Shown: one piece after another, positions 62,856 to 64,000 of the stretch | Numbering within the stretch: the first letter of the stretch is position 1 | Layout of the letters: each line of letters begins with the position of its first letter | Source: Octopus sinensis | Taxonomy: Eukaryota | Direction of reading: 5' to 3' | Assembly (NCBI RefSeq): GCF_006345805.1 | Contig: NC_043005.1 | Location: 2,046,001 to 2,110,000 of the forward strand | Length of the DNA: 64,000 nt | Notes under the pieces: generated by a model | What the model was told of the DNA's origin: nothing | The model's input: the letters and a program-made list of their open reading frames with translations, nothing else | Database searches by the model: none | Translations under genes and position numbers: made by a program

Positions 62856-63021
62856 TTCATACATATATACGATGGGCTTCTTTCAGTCTCTGACTGCGAA
62901 ATCCACCACAACCATGTATGGTTGTGTGTTGGTGTGTGTAGGTGCAGCCGTGGTTGTGTGGTAGCAAGCTATCTACCACGCAACCACGCCTGCACCTACA
63001 CACACACACGCACACAGGCAG

Positions 63022-63064
<43 letters not shown>

Positions 63065-63560
63065 GACACACACTTCAGAATACACGGGTTTGTAAACGTC
63101 TTTCTATATATCAAACGAATGCATACGCATGCGTTGCACACACTCACACACACATACATTGAAAGTAATGAAATGTACCGAGTATATAAATAATACATAT
63201 CTATTTATATATAAGCGTGAAATACATATATGTGCATATATGTATATGTGTGTGTTATATATGTGTGTATGTATGCATATATGTTGGTATGTATGTATGT
63301 GTGTGTATATATATACTCTTAAAAAAAGTATATATATATATATATATATATATATGTCGCTAGATGAATATATAAAGAAACTTTTATCATTTTAAGTAGC
63401 TCTTCCTGTCTATGTATGTATCTATATACATGCGTGTGTGTGTATGTGTGTGCGCGTCCGGCGAGTCTGTCTCTGTGTATATGAATACGCATATATATAT
63501 ATACATAAGTTATATACATATATATATATATATTTCTATGCATACATATATATGTATATG

Positions 63561-63618
<58 letters not shown>

Positions 63619-63629
63619 TATATACATAT

Positions 63630-63682
<53 letters not shown>

Positions 63683-64000
63683 CATATATATATATATATT
63701 ATATATATTATATATTACATACATATATATATATATATATATATCTATACATATAATATATATATATATAATATTAAATTTAAAGTTCGCGCGGCTGTGT
63801 GCGTGTCTGTGTGCTCGACCTTGTGTGTGTGCGTGTGTGTGTATGTATGCGTGTGTGTGTATATGAGTGACACGCATTGTGTAACTCCCTCTATTTTGAA
63901 GCGGTTTTCGTGAGCAAAGCAAAGACGGAAGTGCAGGTGTCCGTTTAAGCTCTCCCCGATACTCCTCGCTCCTATTTCGCTGAACGCTGTGGACGCGTTA

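Overview
Gene-poor, repeat-saturated AT-rich eukaryotic DNA. The SINE families, dense (TA)n/(CA)n/(AAT)n tracts and abundant R4/Dong LINEs suggest a coleoid cephalopod such as Octopus (inference). I recognise no host protein-coding gene, and most ORFs in the track are microsatellite artefacts. The window is a mosaic of mobile elements. It holds about 18 pieces of RLE-type non-LTR retrotransposons (R4/Dong-like), mostly daisy-chained in (AAT)n tracts, and two APE/CR1-like LINEs. It also has three Tc1/mariner lineages (DD37D, DD36E, DD41D spacing counted by hand), a TA-flanked MITE, a rearranged Ty3/Gypsy remnant and a Helitron with both termini recognisable. At least three tRNA-derived SINE families are present, plus Penelope-like terminal repeats carrying minimal hammerhead-ribozyme motifs. 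The best leads are: canonical and variant-core hammerheads, long fold-back inverted repeats, a SINE/LINE shared 3' stem-loop with compensatory changes, a 1.45-kb tandem duplication bounded by microsatellites, and a candidate non-coding first exon near 60.3-60.5 kb. These are mostly variations on known transposon biology. I found no convincing wholly new system. All coordinates and alignments were read by eye.
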